Assembly (NCBI GenBank): GCA_965645245.1
Contig: OZ287077.1
Span: 1,736,001 to 1,800,000, forward strand
Direction of reading: 5' to 3'
DNA length: 64,000 bases
DNA from: Massalongia carnosa
Lineage: Eukaryota
Part shown: positions 13,737 to 27,800 of the stretch, piece after piece
Layout of the letters: each line of letters begins with the position of its first letter
Position numbering within the stretch: position 1 is the first letter of the stretch
The notes under the pieces: generated by a model
Seen by the model: only the letters and a program-made list of their open reading frames with translations
Database searches by the model: none
What the model was told of the DNA's origin: nothing
Program-made: the position numbers and the translations under genes

Positions 13737-16194
13737 ATGGCGCTTAACCGTCCTCATCGAAAGTCTCCGATGATGTTCAGAAGCTCAAATATTACAGATT
13801 TCTTCAAACCGAACGCCCTACGTGCTCAGAATAAACGTTCCCTTCCCGAAAACGAACATGAAGAGTTGAGGGTCGCGCAGCGGTCGCGCTCGGACACGCC
13901 CAGGCATCAGGACCGAACGCAGCAAGAAACCGCAGAAACAGAAAGCTATACCAGCGATGCAGTTCGAGAAGAGCCTGCGCCGTCAGAAGGCTACTTGCAC
14001 GGCTTGATACCTCTATCTAAAAGCTCGATATGCGACCCTGCCGGTAGTCCCTTAGTCACCGCAAGCACCGCAAGCACCGTAAGCACCGCAAACCGAAGGG
14101 AGGGGATGGGATCATGGGATCCGCAAGGCCCCGTTCTGACCAGTAGTCAGCGCGTGGTAAAAAATGGGGAGATTATTATCCGAAATTCGGACGATGAGTC
14201 GGACACGGATACTTCGCTCGACGATATTGACGACTTGCTCTTAGCAAGGAAATCTGCAATGGTATCTTCTCCACCAACGGAGCCCGACCCTCCATACCTT
14301 ACTTCAACGAGGCAGAAACCCCAAGATATTGGAACATGCACAAGAAGCAAAACGAGGGGTATTGTATTTGCTACTACCCCTCCTTTCCGATCATTGGCAC
14401 GTCCTGAACCGCCCAAATATGAGTTCTCTTTAGCAGCTTTGCAGCAACGGAGTAAAGATGACAAGGCTTCAGAAGCTGGGGCAGCTAAAGCGAGGTCCCT
14501 AATTGATGCTTTCGAGAAGGAATTAGAAATGAGGACGAGTGATCCCAACAAACCTCTTAGCATCGGGGCCAAGCTTGATGCAACGCTTTTGACATCCATC
14601 ATGCAAAAAAGTGGTGATGGTGATGATATGGACAGGCTCATGACAGCAATGAAACGGACGGAGGCATTCCACCAAGGAAGATCATGGTCCTTCTTTCAAA
14701 ATCAACAAAACTCTTCACATCGCAAGCTGTCCGAGTGGCCAAAACCACAATGGCCCGGTATTTTCAATGGCATGATTCCTATATAACTCAATTAAGCTAC
14801 TACTAAATCGGTCCAGATGAAACTTTCCGGCAACAGGCTTTTATAGGGGGTTTCATTGGAGACATGATATCAAAAACTAGAGTCCCTGACGAAATTCTGA
14901 GGTGGATTGTAGATGCAGGTAAGTACTTTCTGGCTAATGCTGGTGTGCAAAAGCTGAAACCCGGAAATTAGTATGTTTTGAGCCCAGAGATGATCTGAGA
15001 GACTCTTATATCTACACCCTCGAAGTGTGTTCGTTGCAGACATGGCATCCTTTGGTATATTGGGGTTGACTGTTTCACAGAAATCTCAAATGCAAGTCAC
15101 GAATCTACTAACGCCACATCTTGTGACTATGCTTTTTCAAAACGTCAATGCCAGCTCTGAGGCTTTGGACGTTCAGAAGCCAATAAGCCCTACAACGGTG
15201 TTACGGCGAGGTAAGCAGACTCCAGGCCCACCTACGGACCGTATCTAAGATTCTCTAGATGAAAAGGATGTAGATTGGTCAAGGCTACTCTCAGTATTGC
15301 GACTGGTTAGTGCTGTTTCCTGCCAGTATGCCCAACTTACTACTCTATGCTACTTATTGTCATTTACTGAAATCTTCTATGCAGCCTAAGCGTGGAATCT
15401 AAAAGACACGCCGTTTGCCTACTATGTAGGCTGCTATTAGACGTTTCTGTTGTCAAGGATTGCCAAGTGATGGTAGCTGTTGAAGAAGCACTCATAAGCC
15501 TCGTCGGATTCATCGCGGAGGAGGATGTGAACCAGGAGGTAACTCTCAATTTGTACCCACAACGTCATTAAGCTGACTTCTCCTTCCTCAGCTTCAAACC
15601 TTGTCGAGTAAAATTTACCGATTCGCCACAGACTCAACTTTACGACTACAAATGCTTCAAAACATTCCCGCCTATTCGCCGCGACTAAGCCTTCTTCGTC
15701 GTAGACTCGCTCTTGCATTTTTCTTCGAAGACGAGCTTTTTCTGCAGAAAAAGCCCGAAGACACAATCGATTTTAATTCGATCGTTCGTCACCTCCAAAA
15801 GTCTTGTTTCATAATTCAAAACACCACGGACTACGCCGAACTCGCTGCCTTGATCGCCATCCTGAGCATAGGCGTTGATAACGGGGATCCGCCTCCGGTG
15901 GGATCCAACAAACAGGCGGAGACGGCGTTTAACGCCGATGTTGATTTGCTAGCCAGCGGGATTAAAGGCATTTTCACGCAGATTGTAGACACAGGAGCGT
16001 CGCATATGAAGCGAACGGAAGCCAAAGAGGTCTTGGAGGCCTTTCAATCGCAGCTGCTGTATGCCATTCGCACCAAGGCGAAGCCCAAGATGACAATATG
16101 GGGCGAGCCTATAGTTGACCGACAGCAAAAATCGATTAAAGAGATCTTTGAAGCAAAGCGACAGAAGAAGCAGGATGATGACAGTGGTGGATAA
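13737..16194 (+). CDS. Uncharacterised multi-exon protein; possible Nse6/SLF2 (CANIN-domain)-like Smc5/6 cofactor
   Basis: Long first ORF (13659-14786) and last ORF (15601-16194) are joined by short intron-bounded exons (e.g. DETFRQQAFIGGF...LRWIVDA near 14817-14918). Disordered N-terminus with NITDFFK, acidic SDDESDTDTSLDDIDDLL, YEFSLAAL and a helical C-terminus. The gene is well supported; the family is inference. Confidence 0.75.
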
Positions 16195-16445
16195 GGGGAG
16201 GCGGGGGGCTTGATTGGAAGATGGCAGGATGGCCTTTGATGGGATTTCCATGGTAATGATATCTAGTGTCTGAATTATATTTATATCATTTGTTGGGGTA
16301 TCGTACAAAGTGTACAGTCTTCCATGCTTTTCACACATGCAAACGTAATACAAGCCGCGCGGGCAAATCTGCTTTCTTGACCCCTTGGCAATAAACTTTA
16401 AAGAACCTTCTGTGAAAAATGCTTACCGGGTATAGCTGTCAACCC

Positions 16446-17266
16446 TTAATCGTAAAACTTGCGATTTTCGTTCTTGCCGAACAAGCTGGTGCGAACCATG
16501 GGTAGGGCATCGCTTTCAAGCAGCTTCAAGCGTTCGTCCAAAGTATTGTTTATGTCAATCTTCCCGCTGCCTCCCACAATCGATATGCCACCAGACCTGT
16601 CACAAATCAGCCTCTCCCCGTCTTCTTCATAACAACGCAAATATCCAGGGGAAGGAAAACTTACGACCCCTTTGGCAGCGGGTTCTTCTCGTCCAGCTCA
16701 ATATCGACCTCCTTCCTCGTTTTCTCCTTGTACTCCTTCTTCGCCTCCGACATCGCCTTCCTCACGACCTCATAGTCCGCCTTTCGGGCCCTCACCCCTA
16801 TTTCCCCCTCATCCAACGCATACGCCCCTTCCAGGATCAAGTTCCTACACAGTTCCCGATACCCCGCCTTGTCACTCGCATACTCCGACAAGCGTTCCCG
16901 CGCCTTCTCGAACAGCTCGTCCAGCAGCTCCTGCCGCGCGGAGAGCACCTTAATACGCGTCTTGTTGGACAGCGTTGAGCGCGTGATCTGCTGCGACATG
17001 GCGGCCTGCTTGAACTTCTTCTCGTACGCGCCATCGATGGCGGCCGTTTCCTGCCGTACCAGCTTCGACTTTTCGATCGCGAATTCCTCATCCGCTTTAA
17101 TTTCGATTTCTCGGGCTTTTTCGAGCGCTTCTTGCCGGATGAAGGCAGTCATCTTTTTGAGCTCCCCGGCCACCTTTTAGGCAGCGTTAGCTCAGCACGT
17201 ACAAAATGGAGCAGGGGCAGACATCTAGGCGGAGTTTACCTGGTCGTCAGACATTGCGTGTGACAT
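16446..17266 (-). CDS. VMA4: V-type H+-ATPase subunit E
   Basis: Predicted exons 17266-17240, 17173-16665, 16596-16446. [44 protein letters not shown]...KIDINNTLDERLKLL...LFGKNENRKFYD. Confidence 0.96.
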
Positions 17267-17780
17267 TTTTGGAAAAATGGATAGGCGGAGCAGACTCGAG
17301 ATAGGAAATAGTGATGGTGAGGGGGAAATGGTGGTTCACGCTGTGGGTTGTTAGCTTCTGTTCAAACCCATTGGTGAAAGGGAGGTTCTTGAAAATATGT
17401 TGCCAAACGTGAGACTGACCTTGAAGGACTTTCTGTCTTTGGAAGTTGCTCGTTATTGTGACGTACGTTGATACATCAATTCCGGTTAACTTTTGCTTCG
17501 TGACCCTGCATTTGAAGCGGTAGCGCGCGAATACTCGGCTCAAAATCTAGCGTTGTAATACTTCGATATATTACGTGTATCTGCTGTTAGACACATTTTA
17601 TGCGATGGCTTCATCTCAATAGAGTATGCGAAACCTATATCTGCTTTCGCAACTGAATTTTAAGCTGATTCAGGCCCCAGTTTGTATAAGCGGTTGAACT
17701 TACAATGCAGCAAGAACTATCGCTATCAACTCACTCACTACTTCTGACCGCAAGACTACACATGCGGCGCCGGCCGTAGA

Positions 17781-19650
17781 ATGGGGCAACTTGGGGATCT
17801 CTCCCCGCAAGGAAGCGTTGTTGTGAGCAAACCCACTCGGGCTTGATGCTTTTGTGTGGATACTTACATTAAATGCTAGGTTGGTGTGTTGGTTGGGCTT
17901 GTTTCGACCAGCGTTCAGAGCTTAGGCTTGACTCTGCAAAGGAAATCGCATATACTAGAGGACGAGAAAGATCCTCATGATCTTAAGCGTCCACCTCACA
18001 GGAGGCGGCGATGGCAGGTCTGCTCGCCAACCTAAGGTTTAAGCAGTTCAAAGGCTTACTAGTTGTCTACCAGCTGGGCATGCTCATGTTTGTTATCAGT
18101 AATTTATGTGGAAGCACCATCCAGATCACCACTTTACCTCTTCCAGTGCTTTCCACCTTGCAAGCGGTATGGTTCATGCTAGCGATATTTATTCTAGGGA
18201 ATATACTCATACACTCTAGTCTGGCTTGGTCTTCAATTCGATATGCGCCACTTTGATCCTTGGCGAACCCTTCACAAGATGGTCATTTGGTGGGACAATA
18301 CTGGTTTGTGGAGGAGCTGTGCTTATTGCAATATTCGGAGCGATAGGAGAGCCCGCGCATACTCTCGATCAGCTACTCATGCTCCTCGAAAGGCGGCAGT
18401 TTCTCCTCTGGGTGCTAGGGCAGGCGATCCTGGTGGTTCTCATCATATGTGGCGCAAAGGCGCTTAAAATCATGAACCCGCGCAATAGTAACAGTCCTCC
18501 AATGCGGCTGTTGAGAGGAATGGCGTATGGAGCTATCAGTGGGATTCTATCTGCGCATTCTTTACTGGTGGCCAAGTCAGCAGTAGAGCTCCTGGTCCGC
18601 ACCATTGTTGACAGGGTCAACCAGTTCAATCGCTGGGAATCCTGGGTGATCCTCCTTGGCCTTCTCGCCCTTGCCCTTACGCAGCTATACTACCTTCATC
18701 AAGGCCTTAAACTTTGTTCTACTAGCATACTATACCCATTTGTCTTTTGCGTGTATAACATCATCGCCATTTTAGACGGTCTGATCTACTTTCATCAGAC
18801 ATCTCAGCTCTCCGTGCTTTCTGCTCTACTCGTCAGTCACTTCCCCCCCTCCTCTCTACCTTTACTCCTATCTATTTTGGCTACGCTTAACGCTCCAAAC
18901 CAGATCGCTCTCGGGACCGTTATCCTCCTCACCGGAGTTCTTGCCCTCTCCTGGCGCCTGAACGCCGACCCCACCACGCGCCCCCCAGCAGCGCAAAACC
19001 CCCTAACGCCAGGAATGGGCTTCCTTGATACCGAATCCGAATCCTCCTCTCTTCTCCCCACCTCCACCGAAGATGAAGATGACAACAGCACCACCTACGA
19101 CGATGACGAAGAATCTACCATTAACAAGGTAACCCCCTTCCCCTTCATTCACACCCGCAACGGTCCTCCCTCCCGATTAAAGGAACATCGCACCCCTACG
19201 ACCAAGAACAGTGATATTTTCAACGCTGCTCGCCTCCGCCGCAAAACCGTCACTGAATCTCAGGAGATATGGGAAGAACTTGAAGATGCATCCCCTCTCC
19301 CGCTTCTTTCGTCGCCATGGGCGCCTCCACACAGAAGATCCACCAGCATCCGGAGCACCCCTTCCCGACCGCCGGCTCTGCGCCAGAGATCGAACATAGA
19401 GGATCAAGCTGCTGACGAGATTCCGAACGAGGAAACGGCCCTTCTAGGACGCGTTGGTACAGGCAGGACGTATCGGGACCGGCGGAGGAGGCGGTCGGCC
19501 CCTGTACTTGGGCGGGAGGAGAGCGGGAGGGAAAGGGCGCAAGCGGCGACCGGGGGGTGGTGGAGGATGGGGTGGTGGGGCGGTGATGGTGGGGAGGGGG
19601 GAGGGAAGGGCAAGGGGAGAAGTGGAGGAGACGGGGACAGCGAGGGATAA
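17781..19650 (+). CDS. NIPA/DUF803-family (Mg2+ transporter-like) membrane protein
   Basis: ATG at 17781 (MGQLGDLSPQGSVV), then short exons giving QSLGLTLQRKSH, RRRWQ, LPLPVLSTLQA, LVFNSICATLILGEPF, SAHSLLVAKSAVEL, QLYYLHQGL, YPFVFCVYNIIAILDGLIYF; multiple TM segments and a disordered tail. Confidence 0.82.
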
Positions 19651-21105
19651 GTAGTACCAGGGGCGTATCCGGCAACGTACATGGACTAGCTAGGTACTTT
19701 GCCCATGATCGGTAGGGAGGTAGGTAAAGGTAAATAAATAGTATCAAGGCCGGTTTTTTCCTCTATATTATACATATCTACATCAAGACAAGTTTCAGGA
19801 AAAAGGCGCCCATCTCTACATTGTCTGTTGTATATCATATTCTACCATCTATCTTTTACCATATCACCACACCATCATCCATACCTTGCATATTCGCACC
19901 AAGGAAAAAACACCTCATCCATGGCCTCTTATATAGATTTTCTTTCTTTCTCATCCTATCCTCCGCTTTCCCCCCCGGCTGGCCTACCTTCCTTGTTTCC
20001 CTCTTCTCTCTAGCCAGTCTAGTAGGAGTTATAGGGAGGGGGGTGAATGGATGGATAGTGGACGGAGAGAGGTAGGAGAACAGAGAGAAGGAGAAGGACA
20101 ACAACAACATCAGCAAGAGAGAAAAGCAATCACGAGCCATGCACATAGAGGGATGGATATCCGGAAGGCGGAGCCAATACCTAGCTAGTTACCTAATCTC
20201 CCCCCCCCCAAAATCCAGATCAAGAAGTACTGGCATTTCGTTCCATCATCGTTGGATTGTTTAGGTCAGCCTTGGATGAATGACCAAAGAGGGGAGAGAG
20301 AAGAAGGTACGGACCGAGCCTTTACATAGCTATAGTTATGATACAAAACCCATCACTCCCCCCTCCCCAAGAAAACGAAATAGCGAACTAACTAACGAAC
20401 TAGCTAGCGCACAAAATTAAAAGATAAAACTCCCGCACCTGACACTCCGCTCCACCTTCCCTTCTCGATCCAAGCCGCGGTCCACATCCCGACAAGGGGT
20501 GAAGGGGTAGAAAGAGAACGAAAAGGAAATAAGAGCGGGTGAAGGAAGAGGAAGGAACTCTGGCGAAATTGCCGAAGGATTGGTCCTGTCCGGGAGCTCC
20601 AGAGATGCAAAAAGAAGAGGGGGAGGAAAAAGGAAAGAAGAGAATATGTTGGTGTCCCAAATACAACACCGAACGTCAACAAAATATGCCTTCTCCTTCC
20701 ACTCTGTCAAACGATCCGCCAACATTTCCCCGCTCCGCCCGCTGTTCGGTTTTCGTGGTGCAAAATTAAAAAACTCGAGAGAAGGATCAGTGTGAATGAA
20801 GATTGGGGCTAAGAACGCAGTTTTCCGAAAAGTATCCCCCTTCGTCCATCCTTTCCTCCCAAAGACGCCAGAAACGCCGTGTTGTGATGATAATCGAATG
20901 AAAAGGCTTTCTCTTCCCTTGTCCTGCCAAAAGCCTGCCTGCGAGGAACATGAAGACTCTGGGGTTTTTTTGGTATTTGATGAAATTAATAGAAAGGCAT
21001 AAGTTTGAGTATCGAGAACCAAACTTTGTCGACTTCGTAGCGCATATCATCTCCAGTCGTTTCCACCCAACAGATTTCTTCCACTCTTCCTTTAATGTCC
21101 CCGCT

Positions 21106-21970
21106 CTATCCGGTCGGTTGTTGCTGATGCGGCATTCTCGCCTGAGGGGGCATAGGATACTGTCCTCCCACCCCTTGTTGCGACTGCATGTATTGCTGAT
21201 AGGCTATCTGCTGATGCTGTTCAGGGGTGATGTAATTGGGGTGCATGCCCGGGTTGCCACGCGGCATAGTGGCTTGAGGTGCCGGGATTTGTGGGTGGCT
21301 GACGTCTTCAGGCGAGTCTACGGTGGAATCCCCGTCGACGCCGTTCTCCGCGCCTGGCGCAGGTTCGGGCGCATTCAGACACGCCTACGGGAGGGGGGGA
21401 AGGAATATTAGCGGCCAAGCTTTGGGGTAACGATGGCTAGGCAATACATACCTGGATAAGGTTCTTGCCTTCAGCTTTAGTGACTAGAGGTTGGAGCTTT
21501 GGAGTGGTAAAGGTATAGACGAGCCCGGTCTCAGACACCACGAGAAGGAGGACTTGGGTGCCGGTGAGGACGGAGAGTTCATACGCCTGTATACATCACC
21601 CATGATTAGCCTCCATCCAATCAACAGACTCTTCATCAACCGGGTGGAAGCGGCGCATCAATCTATGCGACAGCCGAGTTGCTCGTTGCAACCAAGCCGG
21701 TTGACTTGCCTTCTTCATGATGCCCGCCTTGCGCTTTGAGAAGGTGATATGTCGACGTGATTTGTCTTGAATGAATTTAATGTCAATCTTCCTCCTCTCG
21801 CGACCAGGCTTGTTATCGTCATCGTCGTCATCGTCGTCTGCCGCCGCGGCACTGACGCGAGGACGTTTAACACCGCGATTCTCTCCGCCAGGGACGCCGT
21901 TGCCGTTACCGGTCGCAAGGGCGTCGTCGTGGACGGATGGCGACTGTGCGGGATCGGCAAGGTCGGCCAT
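21106..21970 (-). CDS. MCM1: SRF-type MADS-box transcription factor Mcm1
   Basis: Predicted exons 21970-21710, 21586-21452, 21384-21106. ERRKIDIKFIQDKSRRHITFSKRKAGIMKK|AYELSVLTGTQVLLLVVSETGLVYTFTTPKLQPLV...IQ|ACLNAP; Q/P-rich tail; stop TAG 21108-21106. Confidence 0.95.
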
Positions 21971-23925
21971 GGCAAAGGAAGGTTTGAATGATGTAGATGT
22001 TTGGATTGGTACTGGTCTGGTCAATTGATGATGGATCGAACCCAATTCGGTATGATGGTTATTTGATGGCGTGTCAGAACGTGAATTACTGCGTTGGGTT
22101 AGAGAAAGAGAAGGGGGGTCTTTTTCGTCAAATGCTCCTGTTCGAGGAAGGGTTAGGGTTTGGGGGGAAGGGAGAGCGAGAGGACCGAGTACAAAAGGGG
22201 GAAGACTGACCTCCAGGCAGACTAGTCAAGACTAGTATACGCTAAGACGCACTAGGATTAATTAGTGCCAAATAAGCAGCAGACCGTCCACTAGGGGAAC
22301 CCCGAATGCAGCAGCCGGCCGATCAAGCGTGTGAGTCAGCTGAGCCAATAATTAGTCCACAAGCGAACCACAAGCGAAGAGGGGGATGATCGGGGGATCG
22401 GGGGGATCGGGAGAATGGAATCGACGAGGTGACAGCTTTTGTAGGTCCGCAAGTCAGATCCTGGCAAGGGAGATAGACAGGTAGGGAGGTGGACGAGATC
22501 AATGGGAGGGTCAGTGGGATCAGTAACGTTGATTAAAGTTCCCGAAACTGATAAAGTAAGTCCCGTTGTTGCTCTGTCGAGTTACGTGTGACGTCGGGAG
22601 TGCAGTTTGTTCTTCGGTGAGAAGGTTTGGGCTATGCTGGATCAAGACGATGGGGTCTGCTGCTTCGACAGGATGTGGAAGGAAGATGATGAGAAAGAGG
22701 TTAGAATCAGGCCGAAGTGGGAAGGCAACTAAGCCAGGAAAGTGGGAAAGGTGGGTATTAGTCAGGATTACGGGGGGCTTTTATCATTTTATCGCCTTTC
22801 GCAGCGGACCAACGGAGGACGTGAGGGTGGGGGGCTTATGCGGTCATTTCTGAATGTGCGCACAGAGTTGCAGAGTCCACATTTTTATGGTATTGTCAAT
22901 ACTCTGTACACCTACTCGGTGAAGGCTTTGGGAATAGTTACATTGTACAGGGTGGTGTCGTTCACTCCTAATTATGAATGAATCCACGACGGTCTCGAGT
23001 TCCCCTTGAGGGAGCTAGGAGGTTTCGTGTGTACAGAGTGAGTACCACAGGAGATATCCGGCCAAGAGAAGAACAAGTGTTGCTAACGCTGCAAGCAGCT
23101 AGCGTCGAGTGGGTGGGGTCATTTGACTCACGTGATACTATTCTTAGATCTACTGTGTACTCCGTAGTTGTTGCAGTAGGCAACCAGAGGTACGGAACCT
23201 CTTCGTGTATGATCACCTATAAACTCAACAGTTTATATGGAGTACATTGCTTTGTTGCCACATGAATGGCTCATGAATGGCTCACATTAATGGGAATGCC
23301 TATCCATTTAAATTTACTGCGCGGTGCTAACAGTCATTTCATCCAGGTGGGCAGTGGAAATGTCTCGAACTTTTGGCGCTGTGCTGTTGGATTTCTTCCT
23401 GTCGCGAACTGCCGCATTTTCCTCAATGCTATTCAGTCATGGAGGATGTTCAATCCTCGATAGGCAAGCACAAGAGCTCAATGCTTGAGTTTCAGACTGT
23501 CTACGAAGTAGAATTAAGGAAATCCCCATGGTCCAACGAGATGCCTGGCTTACGGAAAACTCGAAGCAATTCTGAAACGACCCATGTTGGGCGCTATCAT
23601 TTTGCCACCCCAGAATGAGACTCAACCATATGCTCTCAGCAATGCCATTTTCACCGCGTCCACCCATAACTTCATCTTAATTTTCGTCCTTTTCTTCTTT
23701 CTGTTTGTTTTTCCTATAGACTTTTTACTGATAGTCGCTAGACTATTAACGTTCGTTTTCCTTAGTGGCTCTGTGCTGGTCACATCTCTTCATTTCTATT
23801 TCATTCCTTTTCAAAAATCTTCGCCCTTTTAATTTTGACGCTGGCGTCATTAAATTCATGCCGAGAACCATTTGATCGGCAATCAAGGAGCTAGACCTCG
23901 AGAATTCCATCACCCAGCCGTCTCG

Positions 23926-24862
23926 ATGCTTGATAAAGTATTGATATCTTTCCTGGTCGCGAATGCCTTGTTCGCATCCACCGGAGGGCTCCTCCTGGCA
24001 GTTGTCTTCATTACAAAATCCAATATGCATCGAACCACCGCGAACATCGCATCGAACTTGTTGCTTATGCAGACCCCTTTGAACGGTCAGTTCTCGCTAA
24101 CCCCACCCCCACCTGCCACAAATTGACTCTTCCTTCCCCCAGGTGCACTCTTCAACGCCGGCCTGATATTCTTTACATTCACCATTTCGCTCCCCGCCCT
24201 AATTCTTCCCTCCAACCACACATGGCTTAAGCTGCATGGCTCGCTGGTCGTTGCCTGCGCCGTCGTAACCCTCGCTTTGGGTCTGGATATTTGGTTCACC
24301 ACCCTGCAAACCCGCTCCAACGTTGGCGCCATCTGGGCTCATCAATCGCCGCAGGATCAGAGCATGCTGCAGCAGAAAGTAGGCTCTGAGGTGTTTTTTT
24401 AAGTCGTGTTTTCTTGGATTCCATAGAGAGAAAAATAGGTGTACAGATCTAACGAATCCAGTTTAAATGCTGCGGCTATCTCAATAGCCAGTCCTCTCCG
24501 TTCCGGCAAGACGCTGTGTGCCCTACCCCGGCCGCAGCGGCACAAAAACGTGGGTGCGTGGGCCCATTTAGTAACTACACCAACAAGTTTCTTGATCTCG
24601 TCTTTACCACCATGTTTGGCATTGTTGGTGTGTGGCTTCCCTTTCTTCTCTCTCTCCTTTCGTCCCCTTTCGTCCCGGTAGACCAACTTATTTCTCTCTC
24701 TTTCCGTTCAAAGGTACAAGTACTAACCGAGAAACCTCCATCTTTACTCCAATAGCGCTAGACTTCATCCTCGTCCTCTGTATAGCCATGGTGCTGAAGT
24801 GCCGCGCAGAGAAGGCGCGGTATCGACATATTGACGAGAAGAACCGTTATGATAGTATTTGA
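23926..24862 (+). CDS. PLS1: Fungal tetraspanin, Pls1 type
   Basis: ATG at 23926, four predicted exons and four hydrophobic segments. Large loop has the CCG motif (FKCCGY), CP and GCVGPF; C-terminal RAEKARYRHIDEK. Confidence 0.85.
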
Positions 24863-27800
24863 GGTTTCTTGATATTGCGCGCGAGGAAGAGGATAAATTG
24901 GCTTTACGTGCTTGTGGCCGAGGAAGATGTAGGACGGAGAAAGGATGGTGGATGTGGAGCAGATGATCTGGCATATAGATAGATAGGTAGATAGGTACGC
25001 CGAAAATTGGAATACCTCACGCATCAAAAAGCAATCCTTTAACTTGTACATTCATCCAGCCAGCCACACATCTAGCCTTTCATCCCTTCTCTCTCTTTTT
25101 CTTCTCACTTTTCTTATGTCATTTCTTCCCCTCTTTATGCGAATCCAACCTAAAATCTGAATTTTTGAATTTAATTTCGACTTTACAATATTTCTCATCT
25201 TCCGTTTCCTATCCTAATTACTTTTCAGCCTCCTTATGCATGCAACTCCAACATCATTATCATAACACTCTTCTTTTAACTATTTTATTCCCACTATTAA
25301 ATATATATATTGAGGATGAGCATTTATCACGCAAAAAAAATTATGTATACAAGTTAACGCGGACGGGTTTCCTAATTAATCCCGATGACAACTTTCCGGA
25401 ACTACTTCCGCTTTTTACCCCTCCTCTTTACGAGTTAACCATCAAACCTAAATCCATCAGAGTGCTTCCTTCCGCTTGGTTTACGGTTTGTTCCGCTCTT
25501 CGCGGAATCTCCACCACAACGCCCCCTTTCCCAAAAAATGGGGAGATATGCACCGAAGAGTGGAAGATGGATAGGTTTTATGGTGCCGTATTGACTTCGA
25601 TGGTTTCATGATGACTAGTTAGGGTGGGAAAAAGAGTAATGATATTTGTTGTCGCAATGGTTGAGGTTTCCGAGTCAGTCGCTGACAAAGCAAAACGGCA
25701 AGATGGGATTGATTGGTTTGTGGAAACCGCCGGGTTCAGATTGATCGAGGATGTCCAGTTTGCTGCAGAGTATCTATCTATACATTGGTCTAAATCTCAA
25801 ATGCGATGCAAACATCCCCGAGGTAGGGTGGGCAAACGCTTTGTGGGGTACACTCCGTAGGGCTGCTGTAAACTGACGACGACTGTTAACTAATTTAATG
25901 ACGACAGGTGAGCGAATCATCTTTAACTGCCCGGATAAGTTTGTAGAGACTCTTTTAGCTGAGAAACCCTGAATGAGGAGGAATTTCAAGAAGCCGATAC
26001 ATGAGTGAAGGTTTCATCAAGCAGCCAAATTCGAAAACCATTAAAGCTGGCTACGGTGTTGAGAAGAAGCTTGTCAGAAAGATTTATGTAGTGATGCCTC
26101 GGTAGTTCTTTTTCTTCTTCAGCCAGCAAGTGTTCCAATATTGATTGTTTTCCAGTCATTGGGTAACGTTGACAGAAATCACCCGAGGCTCCGCTGGGCT
26201 CATTGTGTACCGTCTCTTGATCCTGGCGGTTGAGGGCCGTCAAGTTCTTGGACTGGCCCTTTTTTTGACACTCTTCTAGGTACATAAAGCGAGAAATCGT
26301 CCCGAAAGTGGCTATCTGGGCGTGAGTGTAGGACTTCTTCAGGGAGTATGGGGTATGCGATTGGTTTCATGAACGATATTGCCGGACAGCGAGGCTAGAG
26401 ATGGACCATTATCATTGCAAACGCTTGCGTTAGGTATAGCCTCGTGGTTCAACATCGCTAACGACCCTTAGAGCGCACGCTTTCTGTACAATGAACAGAA
26501 GGAGCTGATGGCCACCAGGTATGAAAAGCAGTTTGGGTAGACTAAGTCAGCTCAAGATTTCTACCAGGAGGATATATACCTTGGAAAGGAAGACTGGAAG
26601 ATATGTGTGTTCTGCGCTGCACAACTGGAGCCGACATCATGCTTTACGGGTAGAGCAGTTTCTCCCAACTATCATCAAAAGCTTGGGCACTTGGGCCACA
26701 GCAGAAGTCCAGGCGCTGCAAGTACTCGTCCTCTCGACCCCTAGCTAGGAATTTCAGGGCATCGCCGTTTTGGACGAAACCAAAATAGGCTGTCTCATGA
26801 ACACGGCTGAAGGGTTCCGTTTTGTTACCTTTTTGGAATCGTGATGCATAGCGATGAGCATATAATTTAGGATCAAATCATCTGCTTTTGCTCTTTGCTG
26901 TTTCAGTTCCGACTTTTATGACGTAACAAAGTTTCCAAGACTCATAAAATTCTAGGAAGTTGGTTTGAAGGTGGCCACAAAAGTTTATTTGAAGACTTGT
27001 CTCGTTGCCTGGCTTTGGAGAGGATATTGCCCTCACGATGGACAACCAGCAGACGGATAAACAGAACGATCAGTAACAAAACTGATAGTAATAGAGGGAT
27101 TTCGATGAAATATCAGTTGAATGTCTTTTAGATCAATGAAGGATGATGCAACCTCGAGCGCACATTAACAGCCTTGCTCAAAGGATATCGAGGGCTGAGT
27201 TTTTAAAGTAGAAGTTTCCACCATAGCGAGGTATGATCGAGTCTATAAATCAATGGGGTTACTCCTTCCAAGTCATGCGACAATCTAAAGGATTGAAAGC
27301 AGTTTTACCCATCGACCGAGAGGGTGATTCGCGATATCTGCTGTGATCTCCTAAGCTCCACTGTTCTCCAAAACGGTGCTCAACTTTCCATATCTTTAGT
27401 ATAACACACAACACGTACTCTGTACCTCATTTCTTAGTCCAATAACAACCGACAACTCAACTTCAAAGCATGTCAAAACTCGCTAACCCGAATAAGGAAC
27501 AGAAAGGCTTCTGGGCCTCATATGACGGACGCAACGGCAATTCTCCGGTTCCGGTTCCTACCGACGCATTACGACAAGGATCATCAAACCCTGCATGACT
27601 GTAGTTAAACGTTTCGACTTCCTCACCGTTGAATGAATTCAATATGTCACAATATCACATTGTTACTCTGTAACCCACGGCTACACTGCAATCACTCTAT
27701 TGCCACCGCTGGCTTGGCCACGCTAGAAACGTCAAAATGGAGTACGAGTACGCTCGATGCTACCCAATGGGCTATGCCTCGGTATCCAGGATGGCCGTTC

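Noticed and set aside
19750..21050. Several 60-200 aa ORFs between the NIPA gene and MCM1
   Set aside because: Low-complexity purine/pyrimidine-skewed 3' UTR-like DNA between convergent genes; no motifs or splice structure.
27524..27566. CGG/CCG-rich cluster (CCGGTTCCGGTTCCTACCG) upstream of malate synthase as a FacB/Cat8 site
   Set aside because: Plausible location, but it does not match the CSRE consensus well enough to call without conservation data.
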